A stretch of DNA of 64,000 nucleotides, taken from assembly GCA_036769565.1 (NCBI GenBank), contig DAIPKW010000001.1:44416-108415 (forward strand), given 5' to 3'. The notes under the pieces are model-generated. The model saw only the letters and a list, made by a program, of their open reading frames with translations. It ran no database searches and had not been told where the DNA came from. Below are positions 38,670-49,209 of this stretch, one piece after another (the stretch's first letter is position 1; each line of letters opens with the position of its first letter). The DNA is from Thermodesulfobacteriota bacterium (lineage in GTDB: Bacteria; Desulfobacterota; BSN033; UBA1163). A program made the position numbers and the translations under genes.

Positions 38670-39347
38670 ATGAGCAACCCAAAAGAAAACGTCGATTCGC
38701 TAAGGAACGTATGCTTTCAGTGGGGCGCCTCTCTCTTTGGGGTAGCCGATTTGAATCGATTAAACAGAGAGACTATCCTTATTCCTCCGGAAACCTTCCG
38801 TGGCTTCCCTTTTGCCATCTCTATTGGATACCATCTATCTGACTCAATTCTTGAAGGCATTGAGGATGCTCCTACCCCTCTTTACTTCCATCATTATCAG
38901 CGGGTCAACATTCTCCTCGATACGATCGGCCTCCTCCTCTCTTCGGCCATTCAGGGAAAAAGATCTCAGGCTCTGCCCATTGCAGCCTCACAGATCATTG
39001 ACTGGAAGAATCAGAGGGGTCATCTTTCACACAAACATGTGGCAAGAGCAGCGGGATTGGGATGGATTGGACGGAATAATCTTTTGGTGACCGAACCGTT
39101 TGGATCGCGGATTCGTCTTGTCACTATTCTGACCGATCTCCCTCTCGAAGTCGATTCTCCAATGGAAAAGGACTGCGGTACCTGTCGTGTCTGTATGAAA
39201 GTCTGCCCGGCAGGAGCCATTCAAGAGAGACAAGAGGATTTTGATCACCTTCGATGTTACGAACAATTAAGAGCCTTTTCAAAAACCCTCCATCTCAGCC
39301 ATAATATCTGTGGCATCTGCGTCAAGGCCTGCCGAGGCAAAGGATGA
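38670..39347 (+). CDS. QueG-like 4Fe-4S protein (short epoxyqueuosine-reductase-like)
   Basis: N-terminal DUF1730-like region (RNVCFQWGASLFGVADL) and the ferredoxin motif CGTCRVCMKVCP plus further Cys residues. Shorter than canonical QueG. Confidence 0.5.
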   Translation: MSNPKENVDSLRNVCFQWGASLFGVADLNRLNRETILIPPETFRGFPFAISIGYHLSDSILEGIEDAPTPLYFHHYQRVNILLDTIGLLLSSAIQGKRSQALPIAASQIIDWKNQRGHLSHKHVARAAGLGWIGRNNLLVTEPFGSRIRLVTILTDLPLEVDSPMEKDCGTCRVCMKVCPAGAIQERQEDFDHLRCYEQLRAFSKTLHLSHNICGICVKACRGKG

Positions 39348-39451
39348 CATCTTGGAATCGTGGAATAGTGGAATGATGATCATTTGCTGGAAAAAGAGGA
39401 TTTTTCTCTCTTTCAACCCACTATTCCAACATTCCCGTTTTCCAATATCCC

Positions 39452-41365
39452 ATGACTACAACGGGGGGCAACACGCCAATGGACAGACATTCTATCCGCT
39501 CATCAAGAGATTATGATGTGATCGTGGTAGGTGGCGGTCATGCCGGCATTGAAGCCTCTCTGGCTTGCGCCCGAATGGGCCATGCCACTCTTCTCATCAC
39601 TCAGAAAGCCGATCAAATCGGGTATATGTCCTGCAATCCTGCCATTGGCGGTCTGGCCAAGGGCCATCTGGTGAGAGAGATTGATGCCCTCGGTGGAGAA
39701 ATGGCCCGCGCCACGGATGAGACAGGCATCCAGTTTAAACAGCTCAATACGGGTAAAGGCCCTGCCGTCCGATCCTCCAGAGCTCAGGTGGACCGCCAGG
39801 CCTACCGGCTCAGAATGAAAACAGCGGTGGAGTGCCAGGCAAACCTTTCTGCCCAAGAGGCAACTGCCGAAAAGATCCTCGTGGATGGAGATCGAGTTAT
39901 CGGGGTGGCGACCGATTCAAGTGAAACCTTCTATGGGAAGGCCCTGGTTCTTGCCCCGGGAACCTTTCTTAATGGCCTCATCCATATTGGCCTGACCCAT
40001 TTCCCTTCAGGCAGAATGGGCGATCCTCCTTCCATTGGCCTTTCCGACTCAATTAGAGATTTGGGATTTCGAATGGGAAGGCTGAAGACTGGCACTACTC
40101 CAAGGTTGGATGCTCGTACGATCAACTTCTCCCACCTTACTCCTCAATATGGAGACGAACCACCGGTTCCCTTCTCCTTTTCAACAGCTAAGATTGAAAC
40201 AGACCAAATCCCCTGCTACATCACCTATACTAATCCGACCACTCACGAAATTATTAAAAGCGGCCTCGACCGTTCCCCTCTATTCTGTGGGGTGATCAAA
40301 GGAATCGGGCCACGATACTGCCCTTCGATTGAGGATAAAGTGGTTCGTTTTGCCGATAAGAAGAGACATCAGATCTTTCTCGAACCGGATGGAAGAAATA
40401 CCAATGAGGTCTACCCAAACGGTATTTCCACCAGCCTTCCGCTCGATATTCAGATGCGCATGCTTCGATCCATTGAGGGTTTGGAAGAAGTAGAGATCAT
40501 CAGACCGGGTTATGCCATCGAGTACGATTTTGTTGACCCAACCGAACTCCGCCCTTCTCTTGAAACGAAAAAGGTCAGCGGCCTCTTTCTGGCTGGCCAG
40601 ATCAACGGCACTTCTGGCTATGAAGAAGCCGCTGCCCAGGGATTGATTGCAGGGATCAATGCTGCGCTCTCCATACAAGGAAAACAGCCCCTGATCTTGA
40701 AACGTTCCGAGGCATACATCGGTGTCCTGATTGACGACCTCATTACGAAAGGGACTACCGAACCCTACCGAATGTTCACCTCTCGTGCCGAATACCGCCT
40801 CCATCTCCGTGAAGATAATGCCGATCTGAGATTAAGGGAGTACGGATATCGAATCGGATTGGTCAAGGAAGATGATTATCGAACCTTTCTGGCGAAAAAA
40901 TCTGAAATCGAAAAGGCTCTCTCCAAAATATCAGAATTAAAAATCACTCCCACCAAAGAAAACAATGAGCTCCTCCATCGTTGGGGTTGCACTCCATTAA
41001 AAAAGGAGGTTTCCTGCCGAGAATTATTAAAAAGGCCTGAAATCCATTTTGAACATCTCTCTGAATTTGACCCGAGCCTCAAAGCGATTAAAAAAGAGGC
41101 AAGCCAGCAGGTTGAAATCCAGGTGAAATATGAAGGCTACATCAAAAGGCAGATGGAAATGATTGAACGGTTCAGAAAGTTAGAGGAAGTCACCTTTCCA
41201 GAGGATTTTGATTTTCGTTCGGTGATCGGCCTTTCAACAGAGGTGATGGAAAAACTGATTAAAATAAGACCCCGCTCCCTCGGCCAAGCCTCAAGGATCT
41301 CCGGTGTCACGCCAGCCGCCATCTCCATCCTCACGGTCAACCTGAAGAAACAGGGATATCTATGA
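39452..41365 (+). CDS. mnmG: tRNA uridine 5-carboxymethylaminomethyl modification enzyme
   Basis: [18 protein letters not shown] motif, 637 aa, collinear with GidA. Confidence 0.9.
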   Translation: MTTTGGNTPMDRHSIRSSRDYDVIVVGGGHAGIEASLACARMGHATLLITQKADQIGYMSCNPAIGGLAKGHLVREIDALGGEMARATDETGIQFKQLNTGKGPAVRSSRAQVDRQAYRLRMKTAVECQANLSAQEATAEKILVDGDRVIGVATDSSETFYGKALVLAPGTFLNGLIHIGLTHFPSGRMGDPPSIGLSDSIRDLGFRMGRLKTGTTPRLDARTINFSHLTPQYGDEPPVPFSFSTAKIETDQIPCYITYTNPTTHEIIKSGLDRSPLFCGVIKGIGPRYCPSIEDKVVRFADKKRHQIFLEPDGRNTNEVYPNGISTSLPLDIQMRMLRSIEGLEEVEIIRPGYAIEYDFVDPTELRPSLETKKVSGLFLAGQINGTSGYEEAAAQGLIAGINAALSIQGKQPLILKRSEAYIGVLIDDLITKGTTEPYRMFTSRAEYRLHLREDNADLRLREYGYRIGLVKEDDYRTFLAKKSEIEKALSKISELKITPTKENNELLHRWGCTPLKKEVSCRELLKRPEIHFEHLSEFDPSLKAIKKEASQQVEIQVKYEGYIKRQMEMIERFRKLEEVTFPEDFDFRSVIGLSTEVMEKLIKIRPRSLGQASRISGVTPAAISILTVNLKKQGYL

Positions 41366-41380
41366 GTTTCGATTTGAGCT

Positions 41381-41989
41381 CTAAAATTCTGTAACCAACT
41401 GAATAACCTTCTTGGCAGTGTATTCCGCGGTATCGGCCAATCCGGCTACAGGTATGAAACGGTCTGCATTCGAGGCAAAGAGGCAGGTGACCGAAGCAGG
41501 AAACTCCTCATCGGCCCGATTAAAAATATAGTAGAGAGGAATACGTGGCAAGGAGTAGATTGTAAAAGAGAAATCACATCTTCGGGCATCCTTGTTCGGA
41601 TGTCCGGAAAAGCGGTAGATGATCTCTTCCTGATGTCTCTGGATCGCTTCGACATAAGGAATAAGCGCTTTTTCAGCATTCGTGGTAAATGCTCCTTGAT
41701 AGCCCATGCCTCCTGGAAATTGTTTAAAGGCTTTCAACGGTTGCAGCTGAACCATCTCATTCGTAACAAAACTCGCATACATGGCGATGAGGACCCCCTC
41801 GGGTCCGCTCATCATCTGACTATCCAGAATAATCTGATCCGGATGAAGCTCACATTGTCCACCAAAAGCCTGAAAGTGAAAACAACCTCCCCCATACCTG
41901 GCAGGAAGTGCCACTTCCAGTTCATCAAGAGGACGAGACCAGGCTTTTCTCAGATACCCTTTCTGAATGTCGAGAAAATTTTGAGACAT
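41381..41989 (-). CDS. Hypothetical protein, co-operonic with the MDR dehydrogenase
   Basis: 202 aa with no motif I recognise. 6 bp downstream of the dehydrogenase gene. Confidence 0.5.
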   Translation of the reverse strand: MSQNFLDIQKGYLRKAWSRPLDELEVALPARYGGGCFHFQAFGGQCELHPDQIILDSQMMSGPEGVLIAMYASFVTNEMVQLQPLKAFKQFPGGMGYQGAFTTNAEKALIPYVEAIQRHQEEIIYRFSGHPNKDARRCDFSFTIYSLPRIPLYYIFNRADEEFPASVTCLFASNADRFIPVAGLADTAEYTAKKVIQLVTEF

Positions 41990-41995
41990 CGAAGT

Positions 41996-43021
41996 TCATC
42001 GCTGGGGTTCGATGATCACCTTGATCGATTCTTTGGCTTCTGCAACCAACTGAAATCCGAGTCCTGTTTTAGCCAAAGGAAGACGATGGGTGATCATTTT
42101 TTGAAGTGGAAGACGATGAATTTGAATCAAGTTGATCGCCTGAAGAATATCGCTGGGAGCTCCTCCATAGGTGGTCAATAGACTGATCCCATCATTCCAG
42201 AAATTAAAAAATGGAAATACAAAATTGAGATCCGGCTCAAGGGGTGCAAAACAGAGGACAGTTCCACCCCGTTCGACAGATTGCAAAGCCTGAAGATAGG
42301 CCGAAATGGCTCCTGCACAGACGATGACGAGATCAGCCAATCGGCCTTGGTTGATTTCACGAATCGCTTCGGGATCAGCATCTTTGGCAAGGATCGCTTC
42401 ATCTGCCCCGAAGTTTTTAGCAGCCCTTATGCGAAATTCGTTGATGTCGGAGGCAATGATTCTCCTGGATCCTGAAACACGGGCCAGCGCAATGTGTAGG
42501 AGACCAGAAATACCGCTTCCGATCACGAAGACGCTCTGTCCAGACATGAGCTTGGCCAATCTCTGGCCTCGAATAACGCAGGCCAAGGGTTCGATAAAGA
42601 CCCCTTCTTCAAATGAGATCTCTTGGGACAGTACGAATGTCCCACGGTCCACATTGATCTTTGGGATACGGATATATTCCGCAAAACCTCCTGGATCCAA
42701 GTTGGTCGTCCGGAGCGTATCGCAGACTGTATGATGACCATTCAGGCAGTAATAGCATGTGTTGCAGGGAACATGATGGGAGACAAAGACCCGATCGCCG
42801 ATCTTAAAATTTTCAACTCCCTTACCCACTTCAACGATCTCTCCTGCAATCTCATGTCCGAGCACCCGGGGCGCCTTCTTGATCCGGTACCACTCCATCA
42901 CATCACTGCCACAGATCCCGCTGGCAACCACCTTGACCAACAATTCCCCTGCTCCTATTGGAGGGGTAGGATATTCCTCCAATCGAACATCCCGGTTGCT
43001 GTAATACATGGCCACACGCAT
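41996..43021 (-). CDS. Zinc-dependent medium-chain dehydrogenase (threonine/sorbitol dehydrogenase family)
   Basis: GICGSDV...GHE..G catalytic zinc motifs, the structural zinc Cys cluster CNTCYYCLNGHHTVC, and GxGxxG. Confidence 0.8.
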   Translation of the reverse strand: MRVAMYYSNRDVRLEEYPTPPIGAGELLVKVVASGICGSDVMEWYRIKKAPRVLGHEIAGEIVEVGKGVENFKIGDRVFVSHHVPCNTCYYCLNGHHTVCDTLRTTNLDPGGFAEYIRIPKINVDRGTFVLSQEISFEEGVFIEPLACVIRGQRLAKLMSGQSVFVIGSGISGLLHIALARVSGSRRIIASDINEFRIRAAKNFGADEAILAKDADPEAIREINQGRLADLVIVCAGAISAYLQALQSVERGGTVLCFAPLEPDLNFVFPFFNFWNDGISLLTTYGGAPSDILQAINLIQIHRLPLQKMITHRLPLAKTGLGFQLVAEAKESIKVIIEPQR

Positions 43022-43176
43022 CGTCTTTTTCCACCCCTTCCATCCATTTCAATGGAATTACATTAAGGGTTAACATACGAACTTCGTTTCAGTCAAATCT
43101 TAAGGTTTTTGAAAAAAGCCAGAAATCTCTAATCAGGGAGCGAAAAGCAGTTTTTCAGAGCTCTCATCCTTTTCCA

Positions 43177-43204
43177 TTGACAATCCCCTACCCATCATTA
43201 AAAT
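43177..43204 (+). promoter_or_regulatory. sigma70-type promoter TTGACA-16-TAAAAT for the hydrolase/radical-SAM operon
   Basis: TTGACA at 43177-43182, TAAAAT at 43199-43204, then a GGAGGAAG RBS region. Confidence 0.5.
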
Positions 43205-43230
43205 GGAGGAAGATCATAGGAAGGTAAAAT

Positions 43231-44034
43231 ATGTTAATAGACTATTCCGCTCTTGACCACCCTCTTCTGTTAAACTTTATCTTTTACCCAAGAAGGGATC
43301 ACACCCCCTGCCCTTCCAATGCCTTTGACCTCTCCGTCAAAGTTGAGGAAGAGGTTCAAATCTCTTGTCGTTTCTATATGGAACATCCCAGAGGGCCTTC
43401 GATTCTCTTCTTCCATGGGAATGGCGAGGTTGTGAGTGATTATGATGAGATGGCCCCCTTTTACCACCGAAGAGGAATCAACCTCGTGGTCTCCGATTAT
43501 CGGGGTTATGGAAAGAGCTCAGGATTTCCAACCCTCACCTCCCTCTATCACGATGCTCCTTTAATCTTTCAAGGAGTCAAAGATGAACTCATCCAAAGAG
43601 GGTTTAGGTCTGATCTCTGGGTGATGGGAAGGTCCTTAGGAAGTCTATCTGCCCTCGAAATAGGACGTCACTTTCAGAAAGAACTGAAAGGATTGATTAT
43701 CGAAAGCGGTTTTCATTGTGTGACAAGGATCTTGACCCATTTTGGATATCCACTCAATCTCAATATATCCAGGATCGATCAAGAAAGCCTGAAAAGGATA
43801 GGTGAGATTTTCCTGCCGACGCTCATCATCCATGGTGATCGAGACCAAATTGTCCCGATTGAAAATGGCCAAACGATTTTTCAGTCTATTCAATCGGAGG
43901 ATAAAGAGTTTCTCATCATCCCTAAAGCAAACCATAACGATATCTTTTGGGTAGGTCGCGAGAAATATCTGGAGGCCGTCCAAAAATTTATTGAACGAAC
44001 CGATCAGCCCCTTACAACACGGCACACGCCATGA
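43231..44034 (+). CDS. Alpha/beta hydrolase
   Basis: GRSLGS nucleophile elbow plus downstream Asp and His residues. 267 aa. Overlaps the radical SAM gene start by 4 bp. Confidence 0.75.
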   Translation: MLIDYSALDHPLLLNFIFYPRRDHTPCPSNAFDLSVKVEEEVQISCRFYMEHPRGPSILFFHGNGEVVSDYDEMAPFYHRRGINLVVSDYRGYGKSSGFPTLTSLYHDAPLIFQGVKDELIQRGFRSDLWVMGRSLGSLSALEIGRHFQKELKGLIIESGFHCVTRILTHFGYPLNLNISRIDQESLKRIGEIFLPTLIIHGDRDQIVPIENGQTIFQSIQSEDKEFLIIPKANHNDIFWVGREKYLEAVQKFIERTDQPLTTRHTP

Positions 44035-45848
44035 AAGCCCTCCTTCTCCAGCTTCCCATCCAGGATCATGACTACTTCTGCAGTCGAGAACATGTGCCCT
44101 TGGCTCCTGCCTACCTACAAGCGATGGGAAGAGCTAAAGGATTCGATGTGGAACTTCTTCCCAAAGAACTCATGCGCTATGGGAATGATCAGGCCATTCT
44201 TCAATTTCTTAAAGAGGCGAAGCCAGACCTGATTGGAATGAGCTGTTACCTCTGGAATATGGAGCGGAGCCTCTTTTTGGGAAGGGAGATTAAAGCGATC
44301 TTCCCTCAATGTCGTGTCATATTGGGCGGACCTGAGATTATACCTTCGAATGATTTTCTCCTTCAGTGCCCGGATTTTGACATCGGTGTGGTTGGAGAAG
44401 GTGAAACCCTCTGGCTTCAACTGTTACAGGCCTTTCCTGAAATTCCGAAGCTTCCCAATCTGATCCTCCTGGATAAAAGAGGTCAATGGTCTTTCAAAAA
44501 AGGAGAGACCCCTTCTCTCTCCTTAGGAGATCTTCCTTCCCCTTACTTGATGGGTTATCTCGATTCCCAGATCGAAGAGGTTCTTTATCTGGAAACCCTC
44601 AGGGGATGTCCACGACGCTGCTCTTACTGTAATTACCATAAACAGTTTCCTAAGGTTCGACTCTTTCCCATGGATCGGATTTTAAGCGAGGTGAGACGGG
44701 CCAGAGAAAAAGGGGTTAAGGAGATCGTCTTTCTCGATCCCTGTTTTACTGAAAGACCTGATCTCGAAATTTTCCTCAAAGAGCTTATCAATATCAATTT
44801 CGATAAAGCCATCCATTTTCACATAGAAGGAATTGCCGAAAGCATAACTCCACAACTTTCTGAAAAAATGGCAAAGGCAGGCTTTGAGCAGATCGAGGTT
44901 GGTCTTCAGAGTCTGAAACGGAGTACCTTAAAAGCGGTCAATCGTGTTTCTAATCTAAAAAACTTTCTCCAAGGTGTGAAGGCTCTTCAAATGTCAGGAA
45001 TTGAGGTGATGGTTGATCTAATTGCAGGACTTCCGGGAGATAGGCTCAGGGATATTCGAGCCTCTCTCGACTGGGTCTTAGACCATGAAGTCTATGATAT
45101 CCTCATGCTTTATCCTCTCCACCTCGTTCCTGGCACAAAACTTCGAAACGAAGCGCAAAGCCTCGGGATCTCCTTTTTAGAAAAGCCTCCCTATTTGTTG
45201 ACCAAAAATCAGGAAATAACCGCTAAAGAGATGGCCATGGCTTTTCAGTATTATTCCGACCGAATGGAGATGGATGCCTCTGCCTTAGAGATTCCCTGGG
45301 GTTTCCGGCCTGGGCAGAAATCCTATTGCTTAGGCCAATTTCAGACCAGAATCGAATGGAAAGTTTCCCATTCGATACCTTCAAACCTCCGTCGTTTAAA
45401 CCGAAATGGTTATGCCATCTGTATCTCTCTCTCCGCCTCCGTTCTCAAGGAACCTTCTTCTCTACTCTCCATACTAAAAGAGTACTTAAAGAAAAACCCA
45501 TTTTCCCTTTTATCCATTGAAGTTCCCGCTGATTCTCATCCAGTTGATCTTCAGCCCCTTTGGGAGCTGGCTCAAAATCATCACCACTTGATCGATCGGG
45601 ACTATACGGTGAATCACACCCCCATTCGAAGTTTTTTGATTCTCAGCCAAAATAAGGGGCTCATCTGGAAATGGCCTGATCCTCGTGAATCCCAGCCACT
45701 CCATCTACCCGATGGCCAAAAAGTCCCCTTTTATCCTGTCTGCTTAGTAGCTAAAGAGGGAGAAATCCCACCATGGTTTAAGCAGCATCTCAAAGAAAGA
45801 TTTGCGACTTTACCAGAAATCCGAAGGTGGGAAGAGCCTGAGGAGTGA
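44031..45848 (+). CDS. B12-binding-domain radical SAM protein with a C-terminal extension of about 200 aa
   Basis: N-terminal Rossmann-like B12-binding-type domain and a radical SAM CxxxCxxC (RGCPRRCSYCNY). 605 aa. Confidence 0.75.
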   Translation: MKALLLQLPIQDHDYFCSREHVPLAPAYLQAMGRAKGFDVELLPKELMRYGNDQAILQFLKEAKPDLIGMSCYLWNMERSLFLGREIKAIFPQCRVILGGPEIIPSNDFLLQCPDFDIGVVGEGETLWLQLLQAFPEIPKLPNLILLDKRGQWSFKKGETPSLSLGDLPSPYLMGYLDSQIEEVLYLETLRGCPRRCSYCNYHKQFPKVRLFPMDRILSEVRRAREKGVKEIVFLDPCFTERPDLEIFLKELININFDKAIHFHIEGIAESITPQLSEKMAKAGFEQIEVGLQSLKRSTLKAVNRVSNLKNFLQGVKALQMSGIEVMVDLIAGLPGDRLRDIRASLDWVLDHEVYDILMLYPLHLVPGTKLRNEAQSLGISFLEKPPYLLTKNQEITAKEMAMAFQYYSDRMEMDASALEIPWGFRPGQKSYCLGQFQTRIEWKVSHSIPSNLRRLNRNGYAICISLSASVLKEPSSLLSILKEYLKKNPFSLLSIEVPADSHPVDLQPLWELAQNHHHLIDRDYTVNHTPIRSFLILSQNKGLIWKWPDPRESQPLHLPDGQKVPFYPVCLVAKEGEIPPWFKQHLKERFATLPEIRRWEEPEE

Positions 45849-46646
45849 TTACTTACTTCTCTTCATCTTCTCATGTTCGAAGATGTCGATTGCCTCTTGG
45901 ACAGTTGCTTTCTTATGGATGATGGCGCGCAGGGCCTTGATCATCGCTACTGGATGGTCATGTTGCCAAATGTTTCGGCCCAGATTGACCCCAATGGCCC
46001 CCTTTTGCATGCCATCGTAAACAAACTCGAATACTTCTCTTTCCGTATCCACCTTTGGTCCACCTGCCATAACCACAGGCACAGGACAGCCATTAACCAC
46101 CTTGTCGAAATTCTCGCACCAGTAGGTCTTCACAATCCTGGCACCCAACTCAGCGGCAATCCGGCAACTTAAGGCAAGGTAGCGGGCATCTCTCTTTTCC
46201 AATTCCTTGCCAACAGCCGTCACGGCCATCACAGGGATACCGTACTTTTCTCCTTCATCGACGAGCTTTGCAAGGTTGAGGAGGTTCTCTTTCTCATGCT
46301 CGCTACCGATGAAGATTGAGATGCCCACAGCCGCTACATTGAGCCGAATGGCCTCTTCCATGGAGGTCGTAAGACCTTCATCGGAAAGGTCTTTTCCAAC
46401 CATACTCGTCCCTCCTGAAACTCGGAGGATAATGGGTTTGGTATGTTCTGGATCAATTGAAGCCCGTAGGACGCCTCTCGTCACAAAAAGGGCATCACAA
46501 TAAGGTAGCAGAGGTTTGATCGTCTCACCGGGTTTTTCCAGTTTTCGGGTAGGCCCCTGAAAGTAGCCATGATCGATCGGCAAGAAGAGACAATGTCCAT
46601 CCGATTGAATCAACTGTGCCAAACGATTCCTCATTCCCCATTCCAT
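45849..46646 (-). CDS. Class I aldolase, DhnA family (archaeal-type fructose-bisphosphate aldolase or ADH synthase-like)
   Basis: LPIDHG...Schiff-base Lys in IVKTYW region. 265 aa. Confidence 0.7.
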   Translation of the reverse strand: MEWGMRNRLAQLIQSDGHCLFLPIDHGYFQGPTRKLEKPGETIKPLLPYCDALFVTRGVLRASIDPEHTKPIILRVSGGTSMVGKDLSDEGLTTSMEEAIRLNVAAVGISIFIGSEHEKENLLNLAKLVDEGEKYGIPVMAVTAVGKELEKRDARYLALSCRIAAELGARIVKTYWCENFDKVVNGCPVPVVMAGGPKVDTEREVFEFVYDGMQKGAIGVNLGRNIWQHDHPVAMIKALRAIIHKKATVQEAIDIFEHEKMKRSK

Positions 46647-46683
46647 AATGATCCCCCTTTTGAGATCTCAGATTTAAGATTTG

Positions 46684-46700
46684 AGATTGAAAAAATCTGC
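46684..46700. repeat. 17-nt AATCTGCAATCTGAAAT motif, identical copy at 10558-10574
   Basis: Exact 17-mer shared between two AT-rich intergenic regions. A related AAATCTGCAATTTTAAAA lies at 50963-50980. Confidence 0.5.
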
Positions 46701-46724
46701 AATCTGAAATCTACAATCCGCAAT

Positions 46725-47783
46725 CTACTTTCCAATAATATACTTCACCACCAGATCGCCAACCTGAGAGGTGCTGTAGCCCATCTTGCCTGCGCTTAAG
46801 CTCTTCACATCGTTCTTCACCACTTCCATAATGGCCGCTTCAATGGCTCTGGCTGCCTCCTCTTCACTAAGGTTTTCCATCATCATCTGACACGCTGCAA
46901 TGGCTGCTAAGGGGCTGACGACCCCTTTTCCAGTATATTTGGGTGCAGACCCCCCCATGGGTTCAAACATCGAAACGCCTTTGGGATTAATATTTCCTCC
47001 TGCCGCAATGCCAAGACCTCCCTGAATTATGGCTGCCAAATCGGTGATGATGTCTCCGAACATATTATCGGTTACGATCACATCGAACCACTCGGGATTC
47101 TTCACCATCCACATGCAGATGGCATCGACATGGGCATAATCGGTCTCAATATCGCTATACTCCTTTGCCACTTCTTTGAAGGTCCTCTCCCATAGGTCGA
47201 AGGCATAAGTGAGGACATTTGTCTTTCCACAGAGTGTGACCTTTTTCTTCTTGTTCCGCTTTCGACAGAACTCAAAGGCATAACGGAGACACCGTTCCAC
47301 GCCCCTGCGGGTATGGATCGCTTCTTGAACTGCAATTTCATCAGGAGTGCCTTTTTTGTGAAATCCTCCTGCTCCTAAGTAGGCACCTTCCGTATTCTCC
47401 CGGACAACGACAAAATCGATGTCTTCAGGCCCCTTGTCTTTCAAAGGGGTCTCCACACCTGGATAGAGTTTCACCGGCCTGAGATTGATATACTGATCCA
47501 GTTCAAAACGGGTCTTCAGCAGAATCCCCTTCTCAAGGATTCCTGGTTTAACGTCCGGGTGACCGATGGCTCCGAGATAGATGGCATCCATCTTGCGAAA
47601 CTCATCAAGGGTCTCGTCCGGAAGAATAACCCCTGTCTTAAGGTAATGATCGCCTCCCAAATGGTAATGGATCAACTCATACTTAAAATTGAACTTTTCG
47701 GAGACGGCCTTCAGAACCTTCAGCCCCTCAGCCACGACCTCCGGGCCGGTTCCGTCTCCAGGAATCACTGCAATTTTGTACAT
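46725..47783 (-). CDS. 3-isopropylmalate dehydrogenase family (beta-decarboxylating dehydrogenase; LeuB, or a short isocitrate/homoisocitrate dehydrogenase)
   Basis: IAVIPGDGTGPEV N-terminus and the NLFGDIITDL motif. 352 aa. Confidence 0.75.
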   Translation of the reverse strand: MYKIAVIPGDGTGPEVVAEGLKVLKAVSEKFNFKYELIHYHLGGDHYLKTGVILPDETLDEFRKMDAIYLGAIGHPDVKPGILEKGILLKTRFELDQYINLRPVKLYPGVETPLKDKGPEDIDFVVVRENTEGAYLGAGGFHKKGTPDEIAVQEAIHTRRGVERCLRYAFEFCRKRNKKKKVTLCGKTNVLTYAFDLWERTFKEVAKEYSDIETDYAHVDAICMWMVKNPEWFDVIVTDNMFGDIITDLAAIIQGGLGIAAGGNINPKGVSMFEPMGGSAPKYTGKGVVSPLAAIAACQMMMENLSEEEAARAIEAAIMEVVKNDVKSLSAGKMGYSTSQVGDLVVKYIIGK

Positions 47784-47869
47784 GGTTCTCCTCTCTTATT
47801 CGCAATCCTCCGTGATAAAGGGATATCCGCAAACAACGAAAAAATGGTACAGTATAGGTAAAGGTTAGG

Positions 47870-47890
47870 GTTACGAAGCCCGTATCGGTT
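47870..47890 (-). promoter_or_regulatory. Copy 1 of the CGATACGGGCTTCGTAACCCT motif, sense to the leuB-like gene
   Basis: On the minus strand CCGATACGGGCTTCGTAACCCT sits about 90-105 nt upstream of the start, followed 14 nt later by TATACT. Confidence 0.45.
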
Positions 47891-47915
47891 ATCGTCAAAG
47901 GGTAAAGGTGAAAAG

Positions 47916-49193
47916 TTAATACGATCGGCACAACGCCTTCTTGCCGATATCTTTCCGGTAATGGACACCTTCCCAGGAAATCTTCTGAACTGCCTCATAA
48001 GCCCTTTCGATGGCTTTCGGAATATTCGCTCCCAAACCGGTTACGCCTAAAACTCTCCCTCCATTGGTAATGATCTTGCCATCGCCAAAAGCAGTGCCCG
48101 CATGAAAGACGAAGACGTCCTCCATCTTCGAAACCTCTTTTAACCCTTCGATTACCTTTCCTCTTTCGTAGGCTCCAGGATACCCCTTCGATGCCATGAC
48201 CACACAGACCGAAGCCTTATCCTCCCATTCGATCTGGCACTGAGAGAGCTCTCCATGGATACAGGCTTCGAGAATGGGAATTAAGTCTCCCTTCATACGC
48301 ATCAGCACTGGTTGAGTCTCCGGATCTCCGAAGCGGGCATTGAATTCCAGTACCTTAGGATGACCGTTATGGATCATCAACCCAGCATAGATGACCCCCT
48401 TATAGGGTCTTCCCTCTTCTGCCATTCCCTGAATGATCGGCCTTAAAATCTTCTCAATGATTCTCTGATTGACCTCGTCTGTGACCACAGGTGCAGGAGA
48501 GTAAGCCCCCATGCCTCCAGTATTGGGTCCCTCATCGGCGTCAAAAACTGGCTTATGGTCCTGAGAAGAAGCTAACGGAAGAATGGCTTTCCCATCCGTA
48601 AAGGCAAGATAGGAAGCTTCTTCCCCTACCAGATACTCCTCAATCACCACCCGACGCCCTGCTTCACCAAAAACTTTTTTCACCATGATCTGATCTACCG
48701 ATTGGATGGCCTCTTCAACAGTTTTACAGAGGATGACCCCTTTGCCTGCAGCCAGACCATCTGCCTTCACCACGATGGGAGCGTCCTGTTTACGAATATA
48801 GTTGATTGCGTCTCCCTGATCTTCAAATACTTCATAAGCGGCAGTCGGAATATGATACTTCTTCATCATCCCCTTGGCAAAACCTTTGCTTCCTTCAAGC
48901 TCAGCTGCCTTCTGGCTTGCTCCAAAGATGGAGAGCCCTTTCGACTCGAAGAGATCAACGATACCCCGTGTGAGAGGCTCTTCTGGCCCAACCACAGTAA
49001 GGTCAATCTCCTCCTTCAATGCAAAATCGAGAAGACGACTTAAATCATTCGCTTGGATGGGAACGAGGGTCGCCTGCTCCGAGATTCCTGCATTTCCTGG
49101 AGCACAATAGACCTTCGTGACTTTCGGGCTCTGTCTGATCTTCCAAACCAGAGCATGCTCCCTGCCACCACCACCGACTACCAGCACCCTCAT
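47916..49193 (-). CDS. purD: Phosphoribosylamine-glycine ligase
   Basis: MRVLVVGGGGREHAL N-terminus with an ATP-grasp fold. Confidence 0.9.
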   Translation of the reverse strand: MRVLVVGGGGREHALVWKIRQSPKVTKVYCAPGNAGISEQATLVPIQANDLSRLLDFALKEEIDLTVVGPEEPLTRGIVDLFESKGLSIFGASQKAAELEGSKGFAKGMMKKYHIPTAAYEVFEDQGDAINYIRKQDAPIVVKADGLAAGKGVILCKTVEEAIQSVDQIMVKKVFGEAGRRVVIEEYLVGEEASYLAFTDGKAILPLASSQDHKPVFDADEGPNTGGMGAYSPAPVVTDEVNQRIIEKILRPIIQGMAEEGRPYKGVIYAGLMIHNGHPKVLEFNARFGDPETQPVLMRMKGDLIPILEACIHGELSQCQIEWEDKASVCVVMASKGYPGAYERGKVIEGLKEVSKMEDVFVFHAGTAFGDGKIITNGGRVLGVTGLGANIPKAIERAYEAVQKISWEGVHYRKDIGKKALCRSY

Positions 49194-49209
49194 ATGTCCC
49201 TCGTGATTC

